DNA of 64,000 bases from an uncultured Gammaproteobacteria bacterium (GCA_964425075.1 CAYRKM010000001.1:18756-82755), one strand, 5' to 3'. Shown: positions 1 to 10,544, counted from the first letter of the stretch. The notes: generated from the letters alone by a model not told the origin. Numbers and translations: made by a program.

Positions 1-487
1 AGAGCAAATTGCCTGCACTATGGAAGCAAAAGCTTGTCCTGATGGATCAAGCGTTGGAAGAACTGGCCCAAACTGTGAATTTGCACCCTGCCCAAAAATA
101 ACACCTACCCCAACAGATATTGGAGAGAAATTAGGAAAGTTTTACTGGAATATTAAAAATAGCAAATTAAGTAATGTATCTGAAAATGAAATAAAAAACG
201 TTTTACGTAATTATTCACCTGAAAATATTTATAGTGGAAGTTCTGCGCAGCTCACATTGATACAAATATCTACTCTGTCAGCGAATTTCGTTATATTAAC
301 AGGTGTAGGTTTAGATAAAAATTTACAGACAATACCAAGCGAACCTTTTGAATACATACTAGAAAAAAGTAACACATGGAAAATTGTAAATGCTTCAGAT
401 AAAGAATTCTGTTCTATTCTTAAAAAACTTCCAGATGATCTATTGGGAAGTAGACGTGAATATTATTTTAACTGTTTCTCAAATTAA
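1..487 (+). CDS. Secreted/membrane hypothetical protein with a Cys-rich CTMEAKxCPDGSxVGRxGPxCEFAPCP motif (5' partial)
   Basis: Frame is open from the window start (EQIACTMEAK...); this Cys motif is common in CPR surface proteins. Confidence 0.7.
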   Translation, partial: EQIACTMEAKACPDGSSVGRTGPNCEFAPCPKITPTPTDIGEKLGKFYWNIKNSKLSNVSENEIKNVLRNYSPENIYSGSSAQLTLIQISTLSANFVILTGVGLDKNLQTIPSEPFEYILEKSNTWKIVNASDKEFCSILKKLPDDLLGSRREYYFNCFSN

Positions 488-528
488 TTCTTCCTCTCAA
501 AATATTTTGTCAGAATTTCTTTTGCAAT
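484..528 (-). pseudogene. Remnant copy of the mrdA 3' end (IAKEILTKYFERKN*)
   Basis: 40/45 nt identical to 2095-2139 (IAKEILTNYFEKKN*). Confidence 0.85.
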
Positions 529-557
529 AGAGGTACTTACCTCAATATAGTGGATTA

Positions 558-2015
558 TTAAGGACTCAACTCATCTCTGTCCAACTCAGGATCTACGGTG
601 TCTATATCACCTACTCTTACAAATTCCTCGGCAAGACTTCTTGCTCTTCTAAGAACTCTTCTTGCTTTTCTACTCTCTGCAGGTGTTAATTGATCCCTCA
701 TATAGGGTATTCCTTCTTCCAAAATTCCAATTAAATTTCTTATTCTTGTTCCTGCTCCTGCAAAAGATACGGCATCCTCATCAGTCGGAAAACCCTCCTT
801 CTTTGCGCGAAAAACTCTTGCGAAATAACTCGCTGCAGCATCGGCTGGAGAAGCAAATCTTCCTGCCGCTTCCCTAATTCTATTAAATTCAGCAAGCTTT
901 TCAAAATTCGTCTCGAATAAATCTCTCATTCCAACTTGTCCTTGTCGAAACGCATTCAAATATGTATTTACCCGTATTCTAGCTGCTTTTTCGCTAACTA
1001 CATTGTCATCCCAAAATCTTCTAGCAAGAAAAAGAATATCATGCTCTGCTGCACCAGCCTCCACCAATCTACCCAACTGGCACGCGACCCTAAAAGCCAT
1101 AAGTGGCTGGTCTGGAACTTTTGTATTTCCCTTACCAGTATCTTGTTGGTTCCTGGGAACGACATAATTTTTTATAGAATCAGGAAGACCATAATAGAGA
1201 AGATCTCTTCTTACAACCTCAGGTTTGTGCCCAACACTCTTTGCAAACTCTTCAATTGTCAAATTTGGATTCATAGCTTTTTCTACCATCCATAAATCAC
1301 CATTTTGTTCTGCCCTTTCAAAATCTTTAGGTAGCCTTGAAGTGTTTTCAGAAACCTGAACCTTAAGTGCTTTTAGAGGGTGCATATTGTCAATTACCTG
1401 AACAACAGAATCCTCCTCTCCTAACATTTCAAGTGCTCTCAATCTTCGATGTCCCGCTATAACAATAAGCCAGGCAGGCTGATCATTATGTGTAGTTTGA
1501 ACTAAATCTATCAGGCGTTTTCTTTGCTCCTGTGGGATTTTTTTACCTACTGTAGAATAAGCCGCGATAAGATACATACGTGCAGCCTCAGGAGTTGTAT
1601 ATCTAGCAACCAATATCGGGTGAATAAGTAATCCTTCTGCCTGAATATTTCCTGCTAAAGTTTCTATGTCTTCATATATTTTTCTTTGCTGAACTACCGT
1701 GTTAAAACTTGCAATTGAATGTTTCTCAAATACTCCCTGTCTTATTTCACCACTGACTTCTTCCTCCTCCATAATTAAGTCAAGCTCTCCATTTACTGCT
1801 TCCGGTCTCCTATGAGAAAGGGGAAGAAATTCCTGCCCTAATAATCCCATTTGTTCCGCAGGTGGTACATAGGGTAATTCTTCTTGTTCTAGAAAAGGTT
1901 CATGTCCATTTACACCATCCGCCACTACCCATTCCTGATCTCCAAATCCAGCGAATCCTCCCTGAACTAAGGAGGTGCCTTCCAAAACTTCATGCTCAAT
2001 TTCTGGTGAAACCAT
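558..2015 (-). CDS. ParB/Spo0J-like N-terminal domain protein (orphan)
   Basis: GLLIHPILV...IAGHRRLRAL (GxxRxxA) motif, an SEN motif, then an HTH-like segment. Confidence 0.7.
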   Translation of the reverse strand: MVSPEIEHEVLEGTSLVQGGFAGFGDQEWVVADGVNGHEPFLEQEELPYVPPAEQMGLLGQEFLPLSHRRPEAVNGELDLIMEEEEVSGEIRQGVFEKHSIASFNTVVQQRKIYEDIETLAGNIQAEGLLIHPILVARYTTPEAARMYLIAAYSTVGKKIPQEQRKRLIDLVQTTHNDQPAWLIVIAGHRRLRALEMLGEEDSVVQVIDNMHPLKALKVQVSENTSRLPKDFERAEQNGDLWMVEKAMNPNLTIEEFAKSVGHKPEVVRRDLLYYGLPDSIKNYVVPRNQQDTGKGNTKVPDQPLMAFRVACQLGRLVEAGAAEHDILFLARRFWDDNVVSEKAARIRVNTYLNAFRQGQVGMRDLFETNFEKLAEFNRIREAAGRFASPADAAASYFARVFRAKKEGFPTDEDAVSFAGAGTRIRNLIGILEEGIPYMRDQLTPAESRKARRVLRRARSLAEEFVRVGDIDTVDPELDRDELSP

Positions 2016-2094
2016 GAATACGATAATACAACTGAAGCCTTAAATTATCAATAACTTAAGAGCAGAAAAAGATTGTGGTATAAGTAAGCTTAAT

Positions 2095-3867
2095 CTAATT
2101 TTTTTTCTCAAAATAATTTGTCAGAATTTCTTTTGCAATTGGTGCAGCAATTCTTGAACCTTCTCCTCCATTTTCTACCAAAACCGTCACGGCAATTTCA
2201 GGATTATAAAAAGGTGCAAAAACTGTAAAAGAAGCGTGCGGCTCTTGGTTGTAACCATGTGACTCGGCAGTTCCGGTTTTACAACCTACAATAACACGAG
2301 TCATTCTCGCACTTCCCGAAGCGTCTTCAATATAATCCAGTCCATCAATGGGAAGTTTGTCATTTTTGACCTTAAAATCAAAGAACGGATAAGCAGTCCC
2401 ACCGGTTTCACATGCCTGTCTCATACCCTCCCTAACAATTGCTAAGTCTTCCTTTGAAGCGATATCTTTTTTAACAAGCTTTCCACTTCCCTTTAAAATA
2501 TGTGGTCTATACATCTCTCCACCGTTTGCAACAATTTGAGTATACAAATTTACTTGAAGAGGCGTAGCCTCAAGATATCCCTGACCGATACTCATATTAT
2601 ATGTATCTCCCAAATACCAATTTTCATTTAAAACCTTTTTCTTCCAGGATATTCCAGGTACGGTACCATTCACTTCACCCGGAAGGTCAATACCTGTTAT
2701 CTTTCCTAATCCAAAATTGCCTGCCCATTTATCAAGTTCTTCCTCTCCAATTTTTTCTCCTACTTTATAAAAAAAGATGTCATTCGACCTTCGGATCGCG
2801 CCTCTTAAATCCAAAAAGCCCTCTTTTCTGCCATTCTGCAAATAATTCCATGTTCCAAAATTTATTCCTCCAATGCTTACAACTCCAGTATCTTCAATTT
2901 CTGTATCTTCTGAAATTGCATTTGTGCCAAGACCCGCAACGGACGTTATCAACTTAAAAGTCGATCCAGGCGGATATACTCCTGCAATCGCCCTATCAAC
3001 TAATGGAAAGTTTTTATCATCAAGCAATACATCTACCTTTTTTTTATAAATTCCTGTTGGAACATATGATTCTTCTCGAGTAAATAAATTGGGATCAAAA
3101 GTTGGCTTTGAGTAAAGTGCGAGAACCTCCCCGTTTCTAGGATCGGAAGCAACAACTGCACCTTTCTCAACATTTCTCATTGCTTCATGGACCGCAAGCT
3201 GCAGTTTACCATCAAGCGTTGTATTAATAATTCCTCCTTCTCGTGGCTCATCCTCACCAAGTAACCTTATTCTTTCTCCTTTTGCATTTACCTCATACAA
3301 TTGCCTTCCGTTTTGACCATGCAAAAGCTTTTCGTATTGCTCTTCAAGTCCCATTCTCCCCGTAAAATCAGCAATTCCATAATCCTTAAATTCCGGCAAT
3401 AATGCTTCATTCCCCGAAATTTGTCCAATATATCCCAATGCATGAGCAGCCGCATCCTTTAAGAGATATTCTCTTTTAACTGTTGAAATAACAGGCTCCT
3501 TATCGGCAATTCTTTTCAAGGCTTCATCTTTTGAAAGCCATATTAATTCCTTTCCTTGAAGAATAGTAAATGCTGGAGTATTCCTAACAAGTGCTTCGTT
3601 ATTTCTATCAAATATAATTCCTCTTGGTGCTGGTATTAATTCTGTACGAATTCTATTTTCATCAGAAAGTCTTGAATAATAAGAAGCCCTAACAATTTGC
3701 AAAGTAAAAAGTCGAGTGAGCAATATTCCAAAAATTACTACTAAAATAATAAGGGGTGCAACTCGCAAAACAGGTTTGGATGTGGAACCACCAAAACCCC
3801 TTCTTCTTTTAAAGTGTTCTTCAAATACATGATCTGAAAATGCATGCCCAACTGACTTTTTTATCAT
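2095..3867 (-). CDS. mrdA: Penicillin-binding protein 2
   Basis: PPGSTFK (SxxK), SND and KTGT motifs; N-terminal TM; adjacent to mreCD. Confidence 0.92.
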   Translation of the reverse strand: MIKKSVGHAFSDHVFEEHFKRRRGFGGSTSKPVLRVAPLIILVVIFGILLTRLFTLQIVRASYYSRLSDENRIRTELIPAPRGIIFDRNNEALVRNTPAFTILQGKELIWLSKDEALKRIADKEPVISTVKREYLLKDAAAHALGYIGQISGNEALLPEFKDYGIADFTGRMGLEEQYEKLLHGQNGRQLYEVNAKGERIRLLGEDEPREGGIINTTLDGKLQLAVHEAMRNVEKGAVVASDPRNGEVLALYSKPTFDPNLFTREESYVPTGIYKKKVDVLLDDKNFPLVDRAIAGVYPPGSTFKLITSVAGLGTNAISEDTEIEDTGVVSIGGINFGTWNYLQNGRKEGFLDLRGAIRRSNDIFFYKVGEKIGEEELDKWAGNFGLGKITGIDLPGEVNGTVPGISWKKKVLNENWYLGDTYNMSIGQGYLEATPLQVNLYTQIVANGGEMYRPHILKGSGKLVKKDIASKEDLAIVREGMRQACETGGTAYPFFDFKVKNDKLPIDGLDYIEDASGSARMTRVIVGCKTGTAESHGYNQEPHASFTVFAPFYNPEIAVTVLVENGGEGSRIAAPIAKEILTNYFEKKN

Positions 3868-4280
3868 AATATTCCTTTCTTAACTAAATATTGAAAGATA
3901 TAAAATAATGCCCCGGCAATAAGTAAAAGCAGAACAACACTAGAAAGCGAATAAGATAAAATGTATGAATAGACAAAAGTCGCAATGATAGTAATTAGAG
4001 TTATAACCATAACATCTGATGATCCAAAATATTTTTCGTATAAATAAATTATCAAGAAAGTTGCAAAAATAAAAAATGGTGTAATTCCAAAATTTTCAAT
4101 TCTTAATGAATCAACCATAAGCCCTGCCAAAAGTACAAAAAGAAAAGAAATTTCATTTCTATAAAAAGATAAAACTAGAATCGAAAAGATAAAAATAAAA
4201 GGTATTGAAAAAAAAGAAAACTCCAATAAAAGAAAAAGTATAAGGATTAAAAGAAAAAGTACCAAATAGGAATTCTTCAC
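3864..4280 (-). CDS. mreD: Rod shape-determining membrane protein, MreD-like
   Basis: Highly hydrophobic; lies between mreC and mrdA. Confidence 0.65.
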   Translation of the reverse strand: MKNSYLVLFLLILILFLLLEFSFFSIPFIFIFSILVLSFYRNEISFLFVLLAGLMVDSLRIENFGITPFFIFATFLIIYLYEKYFGSSDVMVITLITIIATFVYSYILSYSLSSVVLLLLIAGALFYIFQYLVKKGIL

Positions 4281-5077
4281 AGTGATTGAATTACAAAAAC
4301 ATTTGTCAATCTTGAAAAATCAAGAATTGGCATAATCTCAGCGCTTTGAAATGGCTGAGACTCATTTTTTGAAACTGATTTTATTTTTCCAATTATTATA
4401 TCGGGCAATATTCCTATCCCATTTTGGCCTACTTCTCCTTTTGTTACAACAATTCCGTCCTTTATTAAGGTATCTGTTATTACCACTCTGTCAAAAATCA
4501 TAAAATCTTGATGTCCTACGACAATTCCATTTGCATTTGTTTCGGGTAACTTTGCTAACGTCTGAAATTTATCATTTACAATCGTATACACTACTGAATA
4601 ATTTTTCGAAACTTCTTCAACTTTTCCAACAAGATACTTACTAGATATAACATTCATTCCTTTTTGAATATTCTGCGCCTCTCCCACATTTATTACAAAT
4701 GCTGTTGGCAAATTTCGCTGTCCTAAAAAACCAACAATCTTTGCATTCATAAGACTTTGAGAATAGTTTTGTGAGATTTGAAATTGACTCCGCAACGCTT
4801 CATTCTCGCGCTTTATTAATTCGTAATCAACCACTCTTGAAGAAAGTTCCTGATTTTTTTTCTGAAGTTCCAAGATTTCCTTTTGCCGCAAGTCACCTTT
4901 CAATGAATATAAAATTGCCCTTGGGGAAGAGAAAATATTTTGAATGCCTCCTTGAAACCATTTGGCAGCCGCTGAGTCTCTATACAAAAAAATTCCAATG
5001 GAGACTAGAAGAAAAATTATTGTAATAATAAGAAGCTTTTTATTCTTTGAAGTACCTGTAGTTTGTGCTCCTCTCAT
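4277..5077 (-). CDS. mreC: Rod shape-determining protein MreC
   Basis: TM, coiled coil ENEALR, LVGKV, PFQSAEIMP. Confidence 0.9.
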   Translation of the reverse strand: MRGAQTTGTSKNKKLLIITIIFLLVSIGIFLYRDSAAAKWFQGGIQNIFSSPRAILYSLKGDLRQKEILELQKKNQELSSRVVDYELIKRENEALRSQFQISQNYSQSLMNAKIVGFLGQRNLPTAFVINVGEAQNIQKGMNVISSKYLVGKVEEVSKNYSVVYTIVNDKFQTLAKLPETNANGIVVGHQDFMIFDRVVITDTLIKDGIVVTKGEVGQNGIGILPDIIIGKIKSVSKNESQPFQSAEIMPILDFSRLTNVFVIQSL

Positions 5078-5123
5078 AACCTCATATGTTAACAGAGATG
5101 AGGTCGTCTTGGCAAGAAAAGGT

Positions 5124-5148
5124 GTGCCCCCGATGGCTTCGGGGGCAC
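5124..5148 (-). terminator. Intrinsic terminator of GC-rich unit A
   Basis: GTGCCCCCGA/TCGGGGGCAC 10-bp stem followed by ACCTTTTCTT on the minus strand. Confidence 0.7.
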
Positions 5149-5164
5149 GGATGTGTTGACTGTG

Positions 5165-5566
5165 TCAAACCGAGATCGCGGGGAACTCCTCCTCAACGGG
5201 GTCGTTCACCTCCATCCAGTTGTGGACGCGGAACCCGCATCGCACACAGTACTGGTCTCGCTCCTTGTCGGGGAGCGTTTCCTCTCGAATTTGCCCTTCG
5301 CATCGGGGACATGGTGGACAGCTCTCGGCGAAGAACCTGAGAAATGCCCAGATAGTCGTACGACGCAGGCCGGAGTACGGACCGATGTTTTGGACCCTCT
5401 GGTGGTAGATGGTCCAGTTGACCCGAACTGGGAAGAGGCCATCTCCAACCCGCATGTACGTCCAGTACACGATTGTTGGATTAGCCTTGAACTCCCCGAT
5501 GCTGGGAAGAACATCCATGGGTACGGAATTCTCCTCCAACACTGAAGTTACGGAACTGCTTGTCAC
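5165..5566 (-). CDS. GC-rich hypothetical protein with a zinc ribbon (CPRC...CVRC)
   Basis: AGGAGGAG SD before a GTG start; two CxxC pairs. Confidence 0.7.
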   Translation of the reverse strand: MTSSSVTSVLEENSVPMDVLPSIGEFKANPTIVYWTYMRVGDGLFPVRVNWTIYHQRVQNIGPYSGLRRTTIWAFLRFFAESCPPCPRCEGQIREETLPDKERDQYCVRCGFRVHNWMEVNDPVEEEFPAISV

Positions 5567-5624
5567 CTATCTCCTCCTAACGAAGCGCTTGCCTATCGGC
5601 AGTCTATCTACACGTGTGTTATAA

Positions 5625-5730
5625 CATCTTCCCCAAGCTAATGCTTGGGGTAAACCTCTAAAGGAAGATGCTTTCTTACTTCAATTCATCCCCTCACTTC
5701 GTATCGGGGTTTTCTTGAAGAGCGAATAAA
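5625..5730. mobile_element. Possible non-autonomous IS200/IS605-type end remnant
   Basis: Hairpins CCCCAAGC/GCTTGGGG and CAATTCATCCCC...GGGGTTTTCTTG resemble IS200/IS605 subterminal palindromes; no transposase. Confidence 0.4.
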
Positions 5731-5881
5731 CAGGCTGCCGTAGGCAAAATTCTATAGTCAACTTTAAAAGAACTTTATTAGCTACTTGGAAAGCAATTAT
5801 CCAATTTGCAAACAAGGAGATATTTTACTACTGTTTTTTGTAAAATACTATAGGGATTTTCTATCTTAGACTAAAGACCTT

Positions 5882-6493
5882 TTAGGAGAGTTTGCGGTAA
5901 ACGTACGCTGTTGCAATCATTATAACTGGCCAAACAATAAATATCCCAATTCCAAAAGCGATAATCCCCAACAAACAAAGTCCTGCGAATATCAATCCCA
6001 AGAGGAAAAGATTCCATTTGTGACCCTGTGTTAGCTTGCCGCTTGCAGAAATTGCCTCAAGTGGGCCCATTTTTTTATCAACTACAAAATATGAATAAAA
6101 TTGGAATTTAACTGCCCAAATAATTCCAGGAACAACTAAAAGAAGGACCCCCGCAAAAACTATCAACCCATATAAAAGACTTGAAAGAAAATAATTCCAT
6201 GCAAGATTGTAATGTTTAAAAAGATCTTCAATTATAGGTTTTTTCCCATCTATAAATTTAAGAGATATAGCAATAAGCCCAATACTAACCACAATCTGCA
6301 AGATCTTAGCTGCAAGACCTAAAACAAAGCTGAAAGCTGGAAAATTATTTTTTAGCTGATTCTGGAAAATTGAAGGAATAAAATTAACAGCCGCAACAAC
6401 TATGATAACGACCAAAAGAAATTGCCAATTCTTTTTGAATGTCTCCCAAGCGTATACTAACGCCTCTTTTTTTGAAAATGAATTCTTTGCCAT
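5882..6493 (-). CDS. Integral membrane protein (DUF975-like)
   Basis: Multi-TM; LLVVPGIIWAVKF and GPLEAISAS motifs; start chosen at MAKNSFS. Confidence 0.7.
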   Translation of the reverse strand: MAKNSFSKKEALVYAWETFKKNWQFLLVVIIVVAAVNFIPSIFQNQLKNNFPAFSFVLGLAAKILQIVVSIGLIAISLKFIDGKKPIIEDLFKHYNLAWNYFLSSLLYGLIVFAGVLLLVVPGIIWAVKFQFYSYFVVDKKMGPLEAISASGKLTQGHKWNLFLLGLIFAGLCLLGIIAFGIGIFIVWPVIMIATAYVYRKLS

Positions 6494-6547
6494 ATTGATA
6501 AGTTCTAAATGTATTGTCCTCAAAGACAGTATAAATGTCAAGAGCAA

Positions 6548-7693
6548 TCAAGAACGCAGATCTTCGGTTGCTTCTAATACTTCTGGACTTACAAATGAAC
6601 CTATATATTGGACGCTACCATCAACCATCTTATCCAAACTCTCCAACGACTCATCGGGATCTCTTGCCACCAAAAGATCTCCTGTTGCAAGCATATCCAG
6701 CATAATTTTTTGAGTTCTTTCAAAAGAAAATTTGGGAAATCTATCAGACACGTCTCTTAGATATTCTGTCAATAAGTTAGCATAATCATGAATTGCTTTT
6801 TTTCTTTCTTTAGCGCTTTCCAAAAAATCCTGAGCTTTAAAACCATGGCTATTTCCCATCAAAACTGAAGCTTTTGCGTCAGGTGGTGTAAGCCCTTGCT
6901 CAATTGCAGCTCTACTTTTTGATATGAGAAGTGCTGTTCTTCCGTCTAACTGAGTTTCGTCCGAAAATCTATTTTTGGCTATATCCATTATTTGCTCAAG
7001 AAAATTTTCTGTTTTTGTGTTGGGTGCGTAAGCTGCAAGTTGGGGGGATAATTTAGCAAGCATTCCTCCAGCCAACAATGCTACACCCATTCCTTTTATA
7101 AATGAACGGCGCGAAATAAGAGGTGACTGCGAATTTGCTCTATTACCCTCATACCATAAAGCAATATTTGCCAAAGAAAGCAAAGCAGCTGTTGCAACAA
7201 CCTCCCTAGTTGCCTCGTTCTTCTCGAAAATTTGCCGCCTCTCACCCTCGTTTGAGGTAAATCTACTAATATCCAACCTCTCCTCTATAGACGCGCTGTC
7301 TTCTATTTCATACTTGATATTGGTGTAAGACACATCGCCCGCAACAACTATCAACTCGCCCTTATTATTAATTTCTGACGGTCTTGCTGGAAGTCCCATC
7401 CAAACCCAGCGTTTTGCTGAAATTGGATAATCCCCCAAAGAATCCAAATCTAAATGCAAAGAATTTGGGTAAGATCCATCAACAGCAACAATACTTGGCT
7501 GATATTCCGACATTCTTCTTGCAACCTCAGAATTCCAAGCAAATGTATCAATGTCTCCTACTCCTTTTGAGTAAAACTGTCTCAACTCAGTGCCATCAGA
7601 ATGAACTCCTGGTTCAAAAAATATCTGACCATCTAATTGTCTTTCTTTTGGAACTAAGGATTCTTGATGATGTGTTTGACTTTGTATTTCCAT
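6548..7693 (-). CDS. Hypothetical protein with an internal Tat-like motif (ISRRSFIKG)
   Basis: Long ORF; start chosen at MEIQSQ just after the sortase stop. Confidence 0.7.
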   Translation of the reverse strand: MEIQSQTHHQESLVPKERQLDGQIFFEPGVHSDGTELRQFYSKGVGDIDTFAWNSEVARRMSEYQPSIVAVDGSYPNSLHLDLDSLGDYPISAKRWVWMGLPARPSEINNKGELIVVAGDVSYTNIKYEIEDSASIEERLDISRFTSNEGERRQIFEKNEATREVVATAALLSLANIALWYEGNRANSQSPLISRRSFIKGMGVALLAGGMLAKLSPQLAAYAPNTKTENFLEQIMDIAKNRFSDETQLDGRTALLISKSRAAIEQGLTPPDAKASVLMGNSHGFKAQDFLESAKERKKAIHDYANLLTEYLRDVSDRFPKFSFERTQKIMLDMLATGDLLVARDPDESLESLDKMVDGSVQYIGSFVSPEVLEATEDLRS

Positions 7694-7695
7694 AA

Positions 7696-8463
7696 CTATT
7701 TCAACGGTTCTGCAAATATGAGAAGTCTTTTCCAAGCAGTTCCCGGCGGCCAACAGGTTTGAAGAATCAATTTCTCGCCCTGCCCTATGTTTGAGGCGAT
7801 ATAATGAGTATCATCAGCATTAACTATCTCAGAATTTGTCATTTTGTAGTTATACCTCTGACCATTATAAAAAATTACTATATTATCTCCTATCTCCAAT
7901 TTATTCAGCAAATAAAATACAGCGTTATATCGCCCTACATTCCAAAAACTATCCGCGCTATGTGCGAAAAGATATGTTGTGCCATTAAGACCTGGAAAGG
8001 CAGTTCCCTTTGCATGCGCCACACCTTTCATGAGAGCTCTTAGATATTCATCTTCATTATTTGGATCTACATTTGAAATTATATGCTCATTTGCACCAAT
8101 TTTGGGAATTGTGACAGAAAATTCTGCTGAATCTGGAATGAGAATTTTTTCTTTCTCTCCAGCAATAATTGAGCCAAAAACACTTCTTCCTGCATTCGGA
8201 TTTTCATTTTCTATTCGCTCTAGAACTCTTGCGAATTCCGATGTGGTTTGTCCTTCTTGTGGGTCTCCAGCAATTAAGTATCGAATTTGAAAAACCTTTG
8301 CCAATTGGTATTGTGCTTCAAAATACGCAGCTGGTCCAAATGTTGCAAACAAACCAAACACAGTTAAGAGAATCAAAAAATTACTAATCGTGCGGATTAT
8401 TAGAAATCTAATAATTTTTTTTCTTTGAGAGACCGTAATGTGTTTTTGGGGAGGAACAGCCAT
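7696..8463 (-). CDS. Sortase family protein
   Basis: FAHS, LILQTCWPPG and catalytic R (KRLL); N-terminal TM. Confidence 0.88.
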   Translation of the reverse strand: MAVPPQKHITVSQRKKIIRFLIIRTISNFLILLTVFGLFATFGPAAYFEAQYQLAKVFQIRYLIAGDPQEGQTTSEFARVLERIENENPNAGRSVFGSIIAGEKEKILIPDSAEFSVTIPKIGANEHIISNVDPNNEDEYLRALMKGVAHAKGTAFPGLNGTTYLFAHSADSFWNVGRYNAVFYLLNKLEIGDNIVIFYNGQRYNYKMTNSEIVNADDTHYIASNIGQGEKLILQTCWPPGTAWKRLLIFAEPLK

Positions 8464-8588
8464 ATGGTTAGTTGTTAGTTTGTCAGTGGTTAGTTAATAG
8501 TTAAATTTTAAGTTTTAATTTTTTAATTTTAAATTGATACTAAATTCAGTAATCAGAAATCCATATTCAAAATTCTATATTACAACTT

Positions 8589-9026
8589 CTATTCCCTATC
8601 TCTTCCTTCTTCGATGAAAAAAGGTTTTTTATCAGTTACCCATTTAATAACAGCATCTTGAAGAGCAGGTGGAACTATTTTTTGACTGATAAATTCCTCG
8701 TAACCAAACCAATAAAAAGACACATGTTCTTCTCGTGACTTTACTTCTTCAACATCAATATCTACATGAAACAAAAAACTTATCTCATGTTTTAGCGTTT
8801 CATCCTGAGTAAATAAATTCTCAATTCCTCCTATGAATTGTACCGCAGTTACTCTTGCCCCCATTTCCTCGCGAAGTTCGCGGGCTAGTGCTTCACGCAT
8901 ATTTTCTGAGAATTCAATATGCCCTCCAGGAAGAAAAAAATAATCCCTCCCTTTTGTTTGACACACCAAAATTTTTTTGTCTCTTATAACGAGCGCTCTA
9001 ACTATTAATTCAAAATTATTAGCCAT
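8589..9026 (-). CDS. NUDIX hydrolase
   Basis: GGHIEFSENMREALARELREEMG Nudix box. Confidence 0.9.
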   Translation of the reverse strand: MANNFELIVRALVIRDKKILVCQTKGRDYFFLPGGHIEFSENMREALARELREEMGARVTAVQFIGGIENLFTQDETLKHEISFLFHVDIDVEEVKSREEHVSFYWFGYEEFISQKIVPPALQDAVIKWVTDKKPFFIEEGRDRE

Positions 9027-9071
9027 AACTCAATTGTATGTGAGATTTACTTGGGGTTCAAGGCGAAAAAA

Positions 9072-9620
9072 TTAACTTTTTTTAGAGGTTATAATTGATG
9101 CCACATTAAATAAAATAATCATTAAGAAAGCAGTTGCTGCCATCAATGGAATTGTTATATATCCAAAGCTTGCAAATTGTATCGTGCTGCATTTTGCAGT
9201 TTCCTCAGAACATTCTAAAAGATTTGGGAAAAGCTGCATAAGATAATGATAGGTTGCAATTAAAAATCCAATTATAGAAAGCGGTAGAACATATTTCTCA
9301 ACCTTTTCATTGGTAAAAAGCCCTACCCCAGCAACAATTACAATAGGGTACATAAAAATCCTTTGATACCAACATAATTTACAAGGATTGAAATGCGCAA
9401 TTTCTGAGAGAAAAAGACTTCCCACCGTAGCAATGGACGCAACTATCAAAGAAAAAGACAATGAGTTTTGCCCAAAAAATTTGGTTATGGTATGAAAAAT
9501 GGTTTTTTTCTTGGGGGAAAAATAATAGACAAGCAAGCTAATTAATAATCCTACACTTAAAACTTGCCCAACAACTGTCAATGCTGCAAGGGAGAGAATA
9601 ATACTTTGTATAAATTCCAT
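9072..9620 (-). CDS. dsbB: Disulfide bond formation protein (DsbB/BdbC)
   Basis: PCKLCWYQRIFMYP; TM helices. Confidence 0.9.
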   Translation of the reverse strand: MEFIQSIILSLAALTVVGQVLSVGLLISLLVYYFSPKKKTIFHTITKFFGQNSLSFSLIVASIATVGSLFLSEIAHFNPCKLCWYQRIFMYPIVIVAGVGLFTNEKVEKYVLPLSIIGFLIATYHYLMQLFPNLLECSEETAKCSTIQFASFGYITIPLMAATAFLMIILFNVASIITSKKS

Positions 9621-9623
9621 ATT

Positions 9624-10454
9624 TTATTCACTCAACGGAAGACTTGTGCTTTTCGTTGGCTGTGGAGCCTTTTCAGAAGAAACTCCTTTTTTTGCTTCAA
9701 GTTCTGCATCAATTATTTTCTGAAACCCAGCAATGTCTCCAGGATTTGCGATCTTCTTGCCCTCGATGAAGAAACTTGGTGTTGAATTTACACCATTCTT
9801 AATTCCTTCATTTTGCTGTGCTTCAATAGTCTGTGCAATTGCAGGATCCTTCATATCAGTCGTAAATTTATTTACGTCAAGTCCTAGCTCTTTTGCATAT
9901 TCCACAAATTTCTGAATTGGATCTGCAAGAGATGACCATTCTCCTTGTCTCTCATACATCAGATCAGCCATTTCAAAGAATTTATTCTGTCTTCCTGCTG
10001 CCTCAGCTGCTTTTGCAGCAGGGAGTGCGTTAGGATGAATTGAGGTAAGAGGAAAATGCTTAAAAATAAGCTTTAACTGTCCTGGATAAAGTTCCAAAAG
10101 ACTTTTTACAATTGGGTGATATTGCTTGCATGCAGGACACTGAAAATCGGCGTACTCAACCATTGTAACCATTTTTTCTGCTTGCTCGCCTCCTGCTGTT
10201 GCTTGTTTGTCGGTATTGTTAGCAACCATTCTTTCATGTCCAGGTTCTGCAAATGAAGCGGTTATTCCATTTGTTTGGGGGTTGTTACGATTCTTACCAA
10301 TTATTACAAGTCCAACAAACAAAACCAAAAAAAGTGCTGCTGCTAAAGAAAGCGCTACCCATTTGGTTGTGTTTTGTTTCTGAGAAAGAGTTTGCTGTTG
10401 AAGCTTTTCAAGTTTTCGAAGTTCTTTTAATTCTTTTTTTGACATCTGAGCCAT
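9624..10454 (-). CDS. DsbA-family thioredoxin-fold oxidoreductase
   Basis: EYADFQCPAC, HFPL, GVNSTPSF; start at MAQMSKK. Confidence 0.9.
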   Translation of the reverse strand: MAQMSKKELKELRKLEKLQQQTLSQKQNTTKWVALSLAAALFLVLFVGLVIIGKNRNNPQTNGITASFAEPGHERMVANNTDKQATAGGEQAEKMVTMVEYADFQCPACKQYHPIVKSLLELYPGQLKLIFKHFPLTSIHPNALPAAKAAEAAGRQNKFFEMADLMYERQGEWSSLADPIQKFVEYAKELGLDVNKFTTDMKDPAIAQTIEAQQNEGIKNGVNSTPSFFIEGKKIANPGDIAGFQKIIDAELEAKKGVSSEKAPQPTKSTSLPLSE

Positions 10455-10544
10455 GAGATATATGATAATTGAAGTAAAAGGCTTAGTCAACCCCGTTTGA
10501 ATTAGGGTCAATCCAGTCTTTCCCAGAAGCTCATTTGCCTTATG

